From contig CAWAET010000017.1 in assembly GCA_963781065.1 (NCBI GenBank), positions 90,805 to 154,804 of the forward strand: a DNA stretch of 64,000 nt, in the 5' to 3' direction. Origin of the DNA: Thermoanaerobaculia bacterium. Its GTDB lineage: Bacteria; Acidobacteriota; Thermoanaerobaculia; Multivoradales; JAHEKO01. This document shows positions 18,954-31,837 of this stretch, one piece after another. The first letter of the stretch is position 1. Every line of letters starts with the position of its first letter. The notes beneath the pieces are model-generated. The model was not told where the DNA came from. It saw only the letters and a list, made by a program, of their open reading frames with translations, and did not search any database. The translations under genes and the position numbers were made by a program.

Positions 18954-20396
18954 ATGCCTGAAGCCACCCGCAGAATCGTGATCGAGCCCCTGAGCCGGGT
19001 CGAGGGACACGGCAAGGTGTCGATCCTGCTGGACGAGCAGAACCGCGTCACCCGGGCGCGGCTGCACATCGTCGAGTTTCGCGGCTTCGAGCGGTTCATC
19101 CAGGGCCGGCCGTTCTGGGAGCTGCCGGTGCTGGTGCAGCGCCTGTGCGGTATCTGCCCGGTGAGCCACCACCTCTGCGCCGCCAAGGCGGTCGACGGCC
19201 TGATCGGCGTCGACCGGCTGACGCCCACGGGCGAGAAGATGCGCCGCCTGATGCACTACGGCCAGATCTTCCAGTCCCACGCGCTGCACTTCTTCCACCT
19301 CGCCTCGCCCGACCTGCTCTTCGGGTTCGACGCCCCGGTGGAGCAGCGCAACGTCGTCGGGGTCATCGCCGCCCACCCCGAACTGGCGATGCAGGGCGTC
19401 AAGATGCGCAAGTTCGGCCAGGAGATCATCAAGGCGACCTCCGGCAAGAAGGTGCACGGCACCGGCGCCATCCCCGGCGGCATCAACAAGAACCTAACCC
19501 TCGCCGAGCGCGACGCGCTGCTCGCCGAGATGGACCAGATGCTGGCGTGGAGCCTCGAGTCGGTGGATCTCGCCCGTGGCTATACCCTCGAGAACCTCGA
19601 GAAGGTCTCCGGGTTCGGCGCCTTCGACTCCAACCACCTCTCCATCGTCCGCGCCGACGGCGCCATGGACCTCTACGACGGCCGGCTGCGCGCCGTCGCC
19701 GCCGACGGCGCCACGATCCTCGACGGTGTCGACCCGCTCGACTATCTCGACGAGATCGGCGAGGAGGTCCGCCCCTGGTCGTACATGAAGTTCCCGTTCC
19801 TCAAGCGTCTCGGCCCCGAGACCGGCTGGTTCCGGGTCGGCCCCCTGGCCAGGATCAACACCTGCGACCGCATCGACACTCCCGAGGCCGAGGCGGCGCG
19901 GCAGGAGTTCCTCGGCCTGTCCGGTGGCAAGCCCAGCAACGTCACCATGGCCTACCACTGGACGCGGATGATCGAGCTGCTGCACGCGGCCGAGAAGATC
20001 CGCCTGCTGCTCGACGACCCCGACCTCCAGGGCGACGACCTGGTGGCCCCGCCGGGCGAGCGGCGCGGCGAGTTCGTCGCCATGCTCGAAGCGCCGCGCG
20101 GCACCCTCACCCATCACTACCGGGTGGACGAGAACGACCAGGTGACGATGGCCAACCTGATCGTCTCGACCACCTGCAACAACGAGGCGATGAACCGGAC
20201 GGTGGCCGGGATCGCGGCCAGCGAGCTCTCCGGCGCCCCCGAGATCACCGAGGGGCTGCTCAACAACATCGAGGTCGGGGTCCGGGCCTACGATCCGTGC
20301 CTCTCGTGCGCCACCCATGCCCTCGGCCAGATGCCGCTCGAGGTGACGCTGGTCGACGCCGGCGGCGAGGTCGTCGACCGGCGGGCGAGGCCGTGA
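18954..20396 (+). CDS. hoxH: [NiFe] hydrogenase large subunit HoxH (group 3d, NAD-linked bidirectional)
   Basis: N-terminal RVEGHG...RLCGICPVSHH (L1 motif) and C-terminal DPCLSCATHALG (L2 motif, site of C-terminal processing). Confidence 0.9.
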   Translation: MPEATRRIVIEPLSRVEGHGKVSILLDEQNRVTRARLHIVEFRGFERFIQGRPFWELPVLVQRLCGICPVSHHLCAAKAVDGLIGVDRLTPTGEKMRRLMHYGQIFQSHALHFFHLASPDLLFGFDAPVEQRNVVGVIAAHPELAMQGVKMRKFGQEIIKATSGKKVHGTGAIPGGINKNLTLAERDALLAEMDQMLAWSLESVDLARGYTLENLEKVSGFGAFDSNHLSIVRADGAMDLYDGRLRAVAADGATILDGVDPLDYLDEIGEEVRPWSYMKFPFLKRLGPETGWFRVGPLARINTCDRIDTPEAEAARQEFLGLSGGKPSNVTMAYHWTRMIELLHAAEKIRLLLDDPDLQGDDLVAPPGERRGEFVAMLEAPRGTLTHHYRVDENDQVTMANLIVSTTCNNEAMNRTVAGIAASELSGAPEITEGLLNNIEVGVRAYDPCLSCATHALGQMPLEVTLVDAGGEVVDRRARP

Positions 20397-20914
20397 TGGC
20401 GAGAACGCTGGTTCTGGGCTGGGGCAACGCGGGTCGCGGCGACGACGGCCTCGGGCCGGCGCTGGCCGAGCTGCTCGGCCGAGGGGCGCCGCCGGAAGTC
20501 GACGTGGCCTCCAACTACCAGCTGCAGGTCGAGGACGCCGCCGACTGCGCCAGCCACGAGCGAGTGCTCTTCGTCGACGCCGACCGCGCGGGCCCCGAGC
20601 CGTTCTCCTGCCGCCGCCTGGCGCCCGCCGCCGCGGAGCTCAGCTTCAGCTCGCACAGCGTCTCGCCCGGCGGGCTGCTGGCGCTGACCCGGATGCTCTT
20701 CGGCCGGGAGCCCGAAGCCTGGCTGGTGGGCGTGCGCGGCTACCAGTTCGACAGCTTTCACGAGGGGCTGAGCCGGCGGGCGCGGGCCAACCTGGCGGCT
20801 GCCGCCGACTACCTCGGCGACGCCCTGCATGGCGCAGGGCTGTGCGAGGTGCCCACCTCGCCGGGGGCGGCTGCTCCCGGCGGCTCGCCAACCGATCGGG
20901 AGGCTGCTCCATGA
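20396..20914 (+). CDS. hoxW: Hydrogenase maturation endopeptidase (HoxW/HycI family)
   Basis: Overlaps the hoxH stop (TGATG). MARTLVLGWGNAGRGDDGLGPALAELL...VLFVDAD... is typical of Ni-dependent C-terminal processing proteases. Confidence 0.8.
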   Translation: MARTLVLGWGNAGRGDDGLGPALAELLGRGAPPEVDVASNYQLQVEDAADCASHERVLFVDADRAGPEPFSCRRLAPAAAELSFSSHSVSPGGLLALTRMLFGREPEAWLVGVRGYQFDSFHEGLSRRARANLAAAADYLGDALHGAGLCEVPTSPGAAAPGGSPTDREAAP

Positions 20915-21300
20915 GCCAGCAGAAACACCGCATCCTGTGCGTCGACGACGACCCGGACTTCCTGTCGTATCTCGAGACCGTGCTCGAGGCCGAGGGCTTC
21001 GAGGTCGCCGGCGCCGCCAGCGCCGAGGAGGGCCTGCGGGCCTACCGGCGGGCCGAGCCCGACCTGATCATCCTCGACCTGATGATGGAGGAGGTGGACG
21101 CCGGCACCCGCTTCGTCAAGGAGCTCAAGCTGCTGGGCAGCGACGTGCCGATCTTCCTGCTCAGCTCGGTCGGCGACAACCTCAGCATCACGACCGACTC
21201 GACGGCGCTGGGCCTGGCGGGCGTCTTCCAGAAGCCGATCGACCGGAAGCACTTCCTCAACGTGCTGCGCGCCGCCCTGCCCGAGTCGCAGCCCGCCTAG
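20911..21300 (+). CDS. Stand-alone response-regulator receiver (CheY-like) protein, translationally coupled to hoxW
   Basis: ATG 20911 after GGGAGG; ATGA overlap with the hoxW stop. Receiver motifs ILCVDDDPDF, phospho-acceptor D in IILDLMM, and K in VFQKP. There is no output domain. Confidence 0.8.
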   Translation: MSQQKHRILCVDDDPDFLSYLETVLEAEGFEVAGAASAEEGLRAYRRAEPDLIILDLMMEEVDAGTRFVKELKLLGSDVPIFLLSSVGDNLSITTDSTALGLAGVFQKPIDRKHFLNVLRAALPESQPA

Positions 21301-22751
21301 GCTGGTCCTTCTTTCGGCGGCCCCATGGCGAGCGGCTCCGTGGCGGGCGCCCCCGGCTCCACCGGCAGCCGGACCGTGACGGTGGTCCCTTCGCCCTCGA
21401 GGCTGGTCAGCTCGAGGGTGCCCTCGTGCCGATCGACCGTCTGCTGGACCAGCACCAGACCGAGACCGGTGCCCTCGGCGGTCATCTCGCGCGCGTTGCT
21501 GGCGCGGTAGAACTCGTGGAAGAGCCGGTCGCGCTCGGCCGCCGGAATGCCGATGCCGCTGTCGCGCACGGTGAGCCGCACCCAGCCCGGCTCGGCGCGT
21601 TCGAACCGGACCGAGACCTCGCCGCCGGCGGGGGTGTACTTGATCGCGTTGGAGACCAGGTTCTCCATCAGCTGCTCGAGCAGGCCGACGCCGCTGGGCA
21701 CCGGGGGCAGGCCGTCGTCGAGGGAGACCCGCAGCTCGATCCCACGCGTCTCGGCCTCGCCGCGAAACGTCTCTTCGGCCTGTCGCGCCAGCTTGCCCAG
21801 GTCGACGTCCACGTCCTCGATCTGGCGGCTGCGGTCGCGGGTGCGGGCGATGGCCAGCAGCTTGCCGATGGTCTCGTTGAGCGAGCGCAGCCGGTGGTCG
21901 AGCTTGGCCAGCTTGTCGCGCTGGGGCTCCGCCAACTCGCCGACATAGCCTCCCAGAAGCAGATCGACGATGCCCAGCCCGGCGGCCAGCGGAGCGCGCA
22001 GATTGTGCGCCACCTCGAGGGTGAACGAGGCGCGCTCCTGCATCAACTCCTCGATCGCGTCGTGCGACCGTGCGAGGTCCGAGGTCGCCTCGGCCAGGTC
22101 GCCGACCCGCTGGTGCAGGCGCGCCGAGAGCCGGCCGATCATGTCGGCGGTGATGAACAGGGTGGCGGTGAGAAAGACCAGGATCAGGACCGCCTGCGCG
22201 GGCCGGTCGGCGTGGCCCAGGACGACGCCGCGGAAGGCGATCGGATGGTCCGGCAGCCAACCGCCGAGCTCGCCCAGGAACATCAGCCACAGGCCGCCGC
22301 TCGCCACCCCGGCGAGGGCGTAGGCGGTCCTGGCGGTGAACTGGATCGCGGCGATGACGACGTGGAAGAGCAGGAAGATGGCCAGCGGGCTCGAGGGGCC
22401 GCCGGTGAAGTAGATGAGCAGGAACATCGCCGCGTAATCCGCCGCCACCTCGGTGGTGGTGAAGATCCGGTCGAGGCGCGGATCGGCATCGAGCCGATCC
22501 CGGTAGCGGCCGAGGAGGATGGCCAGCAGGCCGTTGTAGACCGGACTGGCCAGGGCGATGGCCAGGATCGGCCCGACCGCGAAGCTGAAGCCGAGCAAAT
22601 GCCCGGCCGCCATGCCGGCGATCATCAGCGGCGCCACCGCCCAGCGCAGCCGGATCTGCCAGAAGCCGTGGCGGCCCCACAGCAGGGGCAGTCCGCTTCG
22701 CCCCGCCTTGAGATCGGGTTTGAGACGGCGTCGGCCTGGAAACGACATCAC
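21297..22751 (-). CDS. Membrane sensor histidine kinase (HisKA + HATPase_c)
   Basis: About 6 N-terminal transmembrane helices, H-box LEVAHNLRAPL, N/G boxes NLVSNAIKYTPAGGEV...RDSGIGIP...GTGLGL. Convergent with the receiver gene with a 4-nt overlap. Confidence 0.8.
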   Translation of the reverse strand: MMSFPGRRRLKPDLKAGRSGLPLLWGRHGFWQIRLRWAVAPLMIAGMAAGHLLGFSFAVGPILAIALASPVYNGLLAILLGRYRDRLDADPRLDRIFTTTEVAADYAAMFLLIYFTGGPSSPLAIFLLFHVVIAAIQFTARTAYALAGVASGGLWLMFLGELGGWLPDHPIAFRGVVLGHADRPAQAVLILVFLTATLFITADMIGRLSARLHQRVGDLAEATSDLARSHDAIEELMQERASFTLEVAHNLRAPLAAGLGIVDLLLGGYVGELAEPQRDKLAKLDHRLRSLNETIGKLLAIARTRDRSRQIEDVDVDLGKLARQAEETFRGEAETRGIELRVSLDDGLPPVPSGVGLLEQLMENLVSNAIKYTPAGGEVSVRFERAEPGWVRLTVRDSGIGIPAAERDRLFHEFYRASNAREMTAEGTGLGLVLVQQTVDRHEGTLELTSLEGEGTTVTVRLPVEPGAPATEPLAMGPPKEGPA

Positions 22752-22890
22752 TCCATCCTACGGTGCCCTACCCGCCGATTGTCCCTCCCAGGCTGGGAGA
22801 ACTCACCACCCGATGGGATAGCAGGGCGAGATCTCGAACGGGCTGCGCTTCGTCTTCGGCTCGCGCTAGCCTACCGACAAGGAGAAGACC

Positions 22891-23949
22891 ATGACGACGA
22901 TCGATCCCCAAGCCCCCGTGCTGGTCACCGGCGCGACCGGCTATGTCGCCGGGCGGCTGGTCGAGAGGCTGCTGCAAGAGGGCCACACCGTGCACGCCGC
23001 GGTGCGGGACCCCGAGAATCAGAAGAAGCTCCAGTATCTGAGCGGGCTGGCCGAGACCCTGCCCGGGGCCATCCGCTACTTCAAGAGCGACCTCCTGGTG
23101 CCGGGCTCCTACGCGGAGGCCATGGCCGGCTGCGAGCTGGTCTTCCACACGGCCTCGCCGTTCACGGTCAACGTTCGGGACCCGCTCAAGCAGCTCATCG
23201 AACCGGCGAAGCTCGGCACCCGCAACGTGCTCGAGCAGGCCAACCAGACGCCCGCGGTCCAACGGGTCGTGGTGACCTCGAGCTGCGCCGCCATCTACGG
23301 CGACAACGCCGATCTCGAGCGGACCCCCGAAGGCGTCTTCACCGAAGAGATCTGGAACACCAGCTCGTCGGTAGAGCACCAGCCCTACTCCTACTCCAAG
23401 ACCCTGGCCGAGCGCGAGGCCTGGGAGATCCACCGCCGGCAGGATCGCTGGGACCTGGTCACGATCAACCCCTCGCTGGTGATGGGACCCGGCATCGACC
23501 CGCACGGCACCTCGGAGAGCTTCGCCATCATGAAGCAGTACGGCGACGGCACGCTCAAGGCGGGGGTGCCCCGCTGGGGGATGGGCATCGTCGACGTGCG
23601 GGACGTGGCGGAGGCCCACTACCGCGCCGGCTTCACGCCCGCCGCGACGGGCCGCTACATCGTCTCCGGCCACAACGCGGACCTCGCGGACCTGGCCATC
23701 CCGCTGCGCGAGCACTTTGGCGCCGCCTACCCCCTTCCCCCACGCACCCTGCCGAAGTGGCTGCTCTGGCTGGTCGGGCCCCTGGCCAACAAACTCATGA
23801 CCCGCAAGGCCATCCGCCTCAACGCCGGCCTCCCCTTCAGGGGCGACAACGGCAAGAGCGTGCGCGAGCTCGGCATGAGCTATCGCCCGCTCGAGCGGAC
23901 CGTGGTCGAGTTCTTCCAGCAACTGGTGGATGGCGGGGCTTTCGAGTAG
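22891..23949 (+). CDS. NAD(P)-dependent epimerase/dehydratase (extended SDR; cinnamoyl-CoA/dihydroflavonol-reductase-like)
   Basis: Rossmann motif VLVTGATGYVAGRLVERLL, catalytic YSYSK, GGAGAAG-containing RBS upstream. Confidence 0.8.
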   Translation: MTTIDPQAPVLVTGATGYVAGRLVERLLQEGHTVHAAVRDPENQKKLQYLSGLAETLPGAIRYFKSDLLVPGSYAEAMAGCELVFHTASPFTVNVRDPLKQLIEPAKLGTRNVLEQANQTPAVQRVVVTSSCAAIYGDNADLERTPEGVFTEEIWNTSSSVEHQPYSYSKTLAEREAWEIHRRQDRWDLVTINPSLVMGPGIDPHGTSESFAIMKQYGDGTLKAGVPRWGMGIVDVRDVAEAHYRAGFTPAATGRYIVSGHNADLADLAIPLREHFGAAYPLPPRTLPKWLLWLVGPLANKLMTRKAIRLNAGLPFRGDNGKSVRELGMSYRPLERTVVEFFQQLVDGGAFE

Positions 23950-24169
23950 CGAGCCATCTCCCCGCCCGGCCGGGTGGTGACGGCAAGCCGGCCGGGCACG
24001 TAGCCTCGCACCTGCCTCGAGACAGCATTCCCGCGCGAAGGCCGGGGCTCGAACGCCCCGGGTCCGGAGAAAGCCTCTGGACCGCGGGGCTGCTGAAGGG
24101 CTCGAGGTTTCGGATACGGTACGGCTACCCTGGGAGGCTAGAACGGCCTCCAGACGGACGGAGGACACC

Positions 24170-25970
<1,801 letters not shown>

Positions 25971-26031
25971 CCGGCGCGCTCAACGGATGCAGCCCGCCGG
26001 GGCGCTCGAGCAGGACCGGCTAGACGGGAGC

Positions 26032-27858
26032 TCACATCATGCTCGCCCACACGTCCGAGGTGTCGGCCAGGGTGACGCGTTCCCCGACGCGGAGAGCGGC
26101 GAGATCGATGGGGAGATAGGTGGCGCCATCCCACCGGAGGAACAGCAGGCCTCGATCCTCGAGGGGTCGGTCGAGCTCAAAGCGCACCGCAGCGACGTCA
26201 TTCTCGCTGGAGGTCAGTTCGAGAACCGTGGCTGTCACCGGGGCCTTGTCGTAGACCGTACCGGTCCCGGGAATGCCTGGCGAGCGGAGCATTTTGGCGA
26301 ATATGTTGGTCAGCCAGCCCTTCCGATCGGTACGGATGACGAAGCTCCGCTCATCTGAGCGCTCGACGGTTGCGATGCCGTTGAGGGCCGAGAGAACCCG
26401 CACGTCCACCGCCCGACCCACGTAGAAATCGATGATCGGCGGTGGATAGAACACATAGAAGAGGCCCGGAGCGTTGAGCAGCAGCACGTGCTCGGGCTGC
26501 CGCTCCTGGACATGAGGCACCGCGGTTGCCACGTTCTCGCGCACGCTCTCCAGACTGGGCAGGTACATGAACGGATAGGCGGCCGACAGGATGATGCCGG
26601 GCACCAGGACGACGACGAGCACTGCCCAGCCGACGGCGCGGGTCAGGCCGGGCGCCGGCGACGCTTTGGAGGCGACCCGGCGGGCTATGGGGCCGATCTC
26701 GACGAGGAGCATGGCGAGCAGGATGCTCGAGCCGATCGCCGGGAGGTAGAGCGCTCGCTCGCTGGCCCCGGCGCTCATCTGGGGGATCAGGGCCAGGAAG
26801 AAGACGGCCAGCGCCCAGAGCGCAACCGCGCTGCGGCGCAGCCACCAGAGGCCGGCGACGAAGACCGCGAACAGGACAGCGCCGGCCACCGCCAGAGGCG
26901 GAATGGTGCCCGGCATGAACATGGCAAGGCTGGGCGGCACGGGCGACAGAGCCGCCAGCCACATGACCGGCACGTGCCACGCGAGTTGAGCCAAGAACCG
27001 ACCGGGATCCGTGAACGGGTCGATGTAGAGGCCGCTGCTCAGCCCGCCGAAACCGAGGGCCTTGAAAGCCACCAGATAGGCGACGAGGACGACGAGTGGC
27101 GGGATCCAGGACAGCCGATCGTCGAGGAATCCGACGGCTCGAGCGCGCAGCGAAACGGCAGACGTGGCCGACGCGTCTTCCGCGCGCCCACGGGGCATCA
27201 GCAGAGTCATGAGCACCAGCAGCAAAGGCGCGACGACAGCGCTCTCTTTCGACAGCAACGCCAACACCAGGGCAGCGACCGAAACTGCCAGCTGCCAAGG
27301 AGATCTCTTCCCCAGCCAGGCGGCGTGAGCCGTCAGCGCCACCATGACGAACAGCGAGCAGATGAGGTCGGTCAGGGTCGCGATCCAGCCCACCGTCATG
27401 CTGTGGTCTTCGCAGGCGAGAAAGAACAGGCCGGCCAGCAGAGCCAACAGCGGCCGGCCGGTCAGCCGACGCACGAGGAGGAAGAGGATTCCCGCTACCA
27501 GGCCGTGGGTGACGACCGCGAGCAGATGCAGCGGCAAGGCCCGCTCACCGAACAGTCGGATCGAGCCCTCGAAGATCAGCGAGGGCACCGGTCGCCAGAA
27601 GACTCCCAGATCACCGCCCTCGAACCACCAAAGGCCGGACATGGCCGAGATATCCTCGACCGCCCAGAGGCCCAGCCACCGCGAGAAGGGCAGCGGATCC
27701 TCTCTCAAGTAGTTGAGAAAGAAGAACTCGTCGGCCTGGAAACCGCCCAGCAGGTAGAACCAGTTGAGGCCGAAAGAGACGAGGATGAAGCACAGCACGA
27801 GCAGAGCCTCGCGCCTCAGCCACGGGATCCGCTCTCTCGGCCGGGCTGGATTCGTCAT
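26032..27858 (-). CDS. Polytopic integral membrane protein (about 12 transmembrane helices + C-terminal soluble domain), possibly a GT-C-type glycosyltransferase/DUF
   Basis: Start at [10 protein letters not shown], preceded by GGGAGGG. Many hydrophobic helices. Only the C-terminal 609 codons of the 1076-codon ORF look like protein. The family call is inference only. Confidence 0.55.
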   Translation of the reverse strand: MTNPARPRERIPWLRREALLVLCFILVSFGLNWFYLLGGFQADEFFFLNYLREDPLPFSRWLGLWAVEDISAMSGLWWFEGGDLGVFWRPVPSLIFEGSIRLFGERALPLHLLAVVTHGLVAGILFLLVRRLTGRPLLALLAGLFFLACEDHSMTVGWIATLTDLICSLFVMVALTAHAAWLGKRSPWQLAVSVAALVLALLSKESAVVAPLLLVLMTLLMPRGRAEDASATSAVSLRARAVGFLDDRLSWIPPLVVLVAYLVAFKALGFGGLSSGLYIDPFTDPGRFLAQLAWHVPVMWLAALSPVPPSLAMFMPGTIPPLAVAGAVLFAVFVAGLWWLRRSAVALWALAVFFLALIPQMSAGASERALYLPAIGSSILLAMLLVEIGPIARRVASKASPAPGLTRAVGWAVLVVVLVPGIILSAAYPFMYLPSLESVRENVATAVPHVQERQPEHVLLLNAPGLFYVFYPPPIIDFYVGRAVDVRVLSALNGIATVERSDERSFVIRTDRKGWLTNIFAKMLRSPGIPGTGTVYDKAPVTATVLELTSSENDVAAVRFELDRPLEDRGLLFLRWDGATYLPIDLAALRVGERVTLADTSDVWASMM

Positions 27859-28014
27859 GGAACCCTCCCCCCGCAGCCTACCGCCCTGCCCACGCCTCCC
27901 GCCCACCTCTTCAGGCGGCGCACGGCGATGCCTCGCCAGGTAGCCTGGATACCGGCACCGCGTCACGCTGGACGCGATCCACAGCCGCCGGAAACCTTCA
28001 AAAAGGAGGCTCAG

Positions 28015-29623
28015 ATGGTCGACTTCGCGTACGAGCCCCTCGCCAGCTTCGGAGAGGACGACACCGAGTACGAGCTGCTGACGAGCGACTTCGTCGCCGT
28101 CGAGAAGTTCCACGGCGAGGAAGTCCTCGTCGTGCAGCCCGAAGGCCTGACCTTCCTGGCCGAAAGAACGATGCACGACGCGTCGTTCTTCCTGCGCGAG
28201 TCGCACAACGCCAGCGTGGCCGCCATCCTGAGCGATCCCGAGGCGTCGGAGAACGACCGCTACGTGGCCCGGGCCATGCTCGAGAACGCCGTGGTCTCGG
28301 CCGAAGGCCGGCTTCCCCTCTGCCAGGACACCGGCACCGCCACCATCGTGGCCAAGAAGGGCGCCCGGGTGTTCACCGGCGGCGGCGACGAGGAGGCCCT
28401 CACCCGGGGCGTCTTCAACACCTACACCACCGACAACCTGCGCTACTCGCAGACGGCGCCGCTGAATCTGTACGAGGAGAAGAACACCGGCACGAACCTG
28501 CCGGCGCAGATCGACCTCTACGCCGCCGACGGCGACGAGTACAAGTTCCTCTTCATCGCCAAGGGCGGCGGCTCGGCCAACAAGACCAGCCTCTACCAGC
28601 AGACCAAGGCGCTGCTGAATCCCGAGACCCTGCTGCCCTTTCTGGTCGAGAAGATGAAGAGCCTGGGCACGGCCGCCTGCCCGCCCTACCACATCGGCTT
28701 CGTCATCGGCGGCACCAGCGCCGACTGGGTCATGAAGATGGTCAAGCTGGCCACGACCGGCTACTGCGACAACATGCCCACCAGCGGCGACGCCACGGGC
28801 CGCGCCTTCCGCGACCTCGAGCTCGAGCAGCAGCTCCTGGCCGAGAGCCGCAAGATCGGCCTCGGCGCGCAGTTCGGCGGCCCCAACTTCGCCCACGACA
28901 TCCGCGTCATCCGCGGCCCGCGCCACGGCGCCTCCTGCCCGGTGGGCATGGCCGTCTCCTGCTCGGCCCACCGCAACGTCAAGGCCAAGATCGACAAGCA
29001 CGGCCTCTGGATCGAGAAGCTGGACAAGAACCCGGGACGCTGGCTCGACGAGCGCGACCGCGACCGACGCCAGCGAGCCGGTGAGCATCGACCTCGACCA
29101 GCCGATGGAGGCCATCCTGGCCGAGCTCACCAAGTACCCGGTCAAGACCCGCCTCTCGCTGACCGGCACGATGGTCGTCGGACGCGACATCGCCCACGCC
29201 AAGATCAAGGAGCGGATCGACGCCGGCGAGGGCATCCCGGAGTACCTCAAGAACCACCCCATCTACTACGCCGGCCCGGCCAAGACCCCCGAGGGCATGG
29301 CCTCCGGCTCCTTCGGCCCCACCACCGCCGGCCGCATGGACTCCTACGTCGACCTCTTCCAGTCGCTCGGCGGCTCGAAGGTCATGATCGCCAAGGGCAA
29401 CCGCTCCCAGGCGGTCACCGACGCCTGCAAGAAGCACGGCGGCTTCTACCTCGGCTCGATCGGCGGCCCGGCCGCCGTGCTGGCCCAGGACAACATCACG
29501 AAGGTGGAGGTCCTCGAGTACCCCGAGCTGGGCATGGAGGCCGTCTGGAAGATCGAGGTGAAGGACTTCCCGGCCTTCATCCTGGTCGACGACAAGGGCA
29601 ACGACTTCTTCCAGGAGCTGTAG
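28015..29623 (+). CDS. Class I fumarate hydratase (FumA/FumB-type, fused alpha+beta); apparent frameshift near 29050-29085
   Basis: AAAAGGAGG RBS. N-terminal part to ...[18 protein letters not shown]. The second frame gives ...[44 protein letters not shown]...[20 protein letters not shown]..., which closely matches E. coli FumA. Confidence 0.85.
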
Positions 29624-29755
29624 CTCGGCGACTCTCGGCCCTGGCGGCGGGGCTCTGACTCACTCCTGAGCCGCCCGCCCGACTCTCGCTTGGGGTAGAG
29701 TCGCAGGCCATCCTTCGCCGCCCGAGCCATCCACAGTCCGCCGGAGGCATACCCG

Positions 29756-30637
29756 ATGCAGAAGCTGCTCGACTCGATCGACGTCTCACAACTCATGACC
29801 CAAGTCATCGCGTTCGTGCCCAGGCTCGTCGCCGCGCTGGCGCTCCTGGTCATCTTCTGGATACTGGCGCGCGTGCTGGGGAAGGTCCTGCGCCGCATCA
29901 TGACCGGGGCCGGGATGGAGAAGGCGTTGATCGGCCTCCTGGTCGACAACATCCTCTATTACGGGGTGATGGTCTTCGGCCTGGTCATGGCGGCCGCGCA
30001 GCTGGGGATCAACGTCGGGGCCGCTCTGGCCGGCCTCGGTGTGGTTGGCCTGGCGCTGGCATTTGCGGCCCAGGATTCCGTGGCCAACGTGATCTCCGGC
30101 ATCATCATCTTCTGGGACAAGCCGTTCGTGGTCGGTGACTGGATCAAGGTCGAAGATCAGTTCGGCCGTGTCAACAACATCACACTGCGCTCGACCCGCA
30201 TCCGCACCCCACGCAACACCTATGTCGTGATCCCCAACAAGGCGATCATCGACGCCGTGCTCGAGAACCTCAGCCAGCACGGCGAGCTGCGTGTCGACGT
30301 TGCCGTGGGTATCGCCTACAAGGAAGACATCCTGGCCGCGCGGCGCGTCCTGCTCGAAGCGGTGAGCAAGATCGAGACGGTCAAGAGCGACCCGGCGCCC
30401 GACGTGGTGGTCGAAGGGCTGGGAGATTCGAGCGTCAATCTGCAAGTCCGGATGTGGATCGACGCCGCCAAGGACCGGCAGGGCACCTACTTCAAGGCCA
30501 TGGAAGCGGCAAAGCTGGCCCTCGACAAGGCCGGGATCGAGATCCCGTTCCCGCACCTTCAGCTGTTCGTGGACGACGTCGAGGAGCGGGTTTGGCACAA
30601 GGCCGCGGCGCTGCGCTCCGGCGCGCCCCGCAGCTGA
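29756..30637 (+). CDS. Small-conductance mechanosensitive channel (MscS family)
   Basis: Three N-terminal transmembrane helices and an MscS beta-domain (ISGIIIFWDKPFVVGDWIKV...GRVNNITLRSTRIRT). Confidence 0.85.
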   Translation: MQKLLDSIDVSQLMTQVIAFVPRLVAALALLVIFWILARVLGKVLRRIMTGAGMEKALIGLLVDNILYYGVMVFGLVMAAAQLGINVGAALAGLGVVGLALAFAAQDSVANVISGIIIFWDKPFVVGDWIKVEDQFGRVNNITLRSTRIRTPRNTYVVIPNKAIIDAVLENLSQHGELRVDVAVGIAYKEDILAARRVLLEAVSKIETVKSDPAPDVVVEGLGDSSVNLQVRMWIDAAKDRQGTYFKAMEAAKLALDKAGIEIPFPHLQLFVDDVEERVWHKAAALRSGAPRS

Positions 30638-30684
30638 ATCGTGCGCCCGGCTGCCGGCATTCTTGTGCCGATCAGATCGGACGC

Positions 30685-31674
30685 TCAGCGCCGGGGTGGG
30701 CGGCCTCCGAGCCAGCCTCGCTTATAGAACACGAGAAGGATCGTCGCGACCACGCTCAGCATCGCACCGAGCAGGATGAAATACCCTTTGTGGTATCCGA
30801 GCTCGGGTATGAACTCGAAATTCATGCCGTAGATTCCCGCCATGAAGGTGATCGGGACAAAGATCACCGTCACGATCGTCAGCGTTTGCATGATCTGGTT
30901 CAGGCGGTGGGCGGAAAGCGAAAGATAACCGTTCATGAGGTCGTCCGTCAGCTCGTAGTACAGGCGAGCGAGACTCAGCAGGCGGTCGAGCTGCTCTTGC
31001 ACGTCCGTCAACTCGTGATCGTGCCCCCCGAGCTGCGCTGGCGTCTTCGAGCGAGCGGACGAGAAGACCTGCGCGTGATATTGCAGGATGCGGAGCACCT
31101 TCTTGAGATCGCCCTTTTGGCGCACAAGCTCTGCCAGCAGCTCGTCGTTCGGCTTCTCCAGCATCTCGGTCTCCATCTCCTCGAGCCGCTTCTCGACGGC
31201 GAGTAGCAGGGGCAAGAAGCGGTCGGCCACCGTGCGGCAGAGCAGCAGCGCCAGGCCGGCGGGAGAAAACTCCGGCGCAATCGCGCCTGATGTCAGCTCG
31301 GAGAGGATTCTTTCGCTGCTCAAGGAACGTCCGGAGCTGCGGGTGACCAGGAAGCGCTCGCCGACGAACAGCGACAGCTGAATGGTCCCGAAATCGAGTG
31401 ACGTCGAAGTGGCGTCCAGGCCCTTGAGCAGGATGAAGGTGTTGTCCTTGAACGGCTCGATCTTCGGCGGATGCCGCTCGCGCAACGCATCGGCGATCGC
31501 CAGCCGGTGCACGCCGAAACGGCTCGCCAGGAGCGCCGACTCGGACTCGGCCGGCTCCTCCTCGAGCGCGACCCAGATCGTGCTCTGCGCTGACTGATCC
31601 CACTCGTCGATCAACTCCGCTCCGCCGTCACGCAATTGCCCGCTGGCTGGGTCGTAGAGTACGGCTCGTAGCAT
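30685..31674 (-). CDS. corA: Magnesium/cobalt transporter CorA
   Basis: C-terminal two transmembrane helices with the YGMNF signature (AGIYGMNFEFIPEL). Confidence 0.85.
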   Translation of the reverse strand: MLRAVLYDPASGQLRDGGAELIDEWDQSAQSTIWVALEEEPAESESALLASRFGVHRLAIADALRERHPPKIEPFKDNTFILLKGLDATSTSLDFGTIQLSLFVGERFLVTRSSGRSLSSERILSELTSGAIAPEFSPAGLALLLCRTVADRFLPLLLAVEKRLEEMETEMLEKPNDELLAELVRQKGDLKKVLRILQYHAQVFSSARSKTPAQLGGHDHELTDVQEQLDRLLSLARLYYELTDDLMNGYLSLSAHRLNQIMQTLTIVTVIFVPITFMAGIYGMNFEFIPELGYHKGYFILLGAMLSVVATILLVFYKRGWLGGRPPRR

Positions 31675-31837
31675 GGTATTCCTCCTCGGGTCGAGTGCCG
31701 AACGCCTGGAAGAGGCGCGGCCTCGAGCCTACAGCAACTGGGATGAACTCCCACTCCGGTGCTGACAGCACTACTTCACCCGAGTGCGGAAGCGATCCCT
31801 GCCAGTCCCCGGCGAGCGGCTCTCGACAATCTTCCTT

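Noticed and set aside
27859-29262. N-terminal 467 codons of the 1076-codon minus-strand ORF 26032-29262
   Set aside because: This part is antisense to fumA and low-complexity. A GGGAGGG RBS and a plausible Met at 27858 define the true start of the membrane protein.
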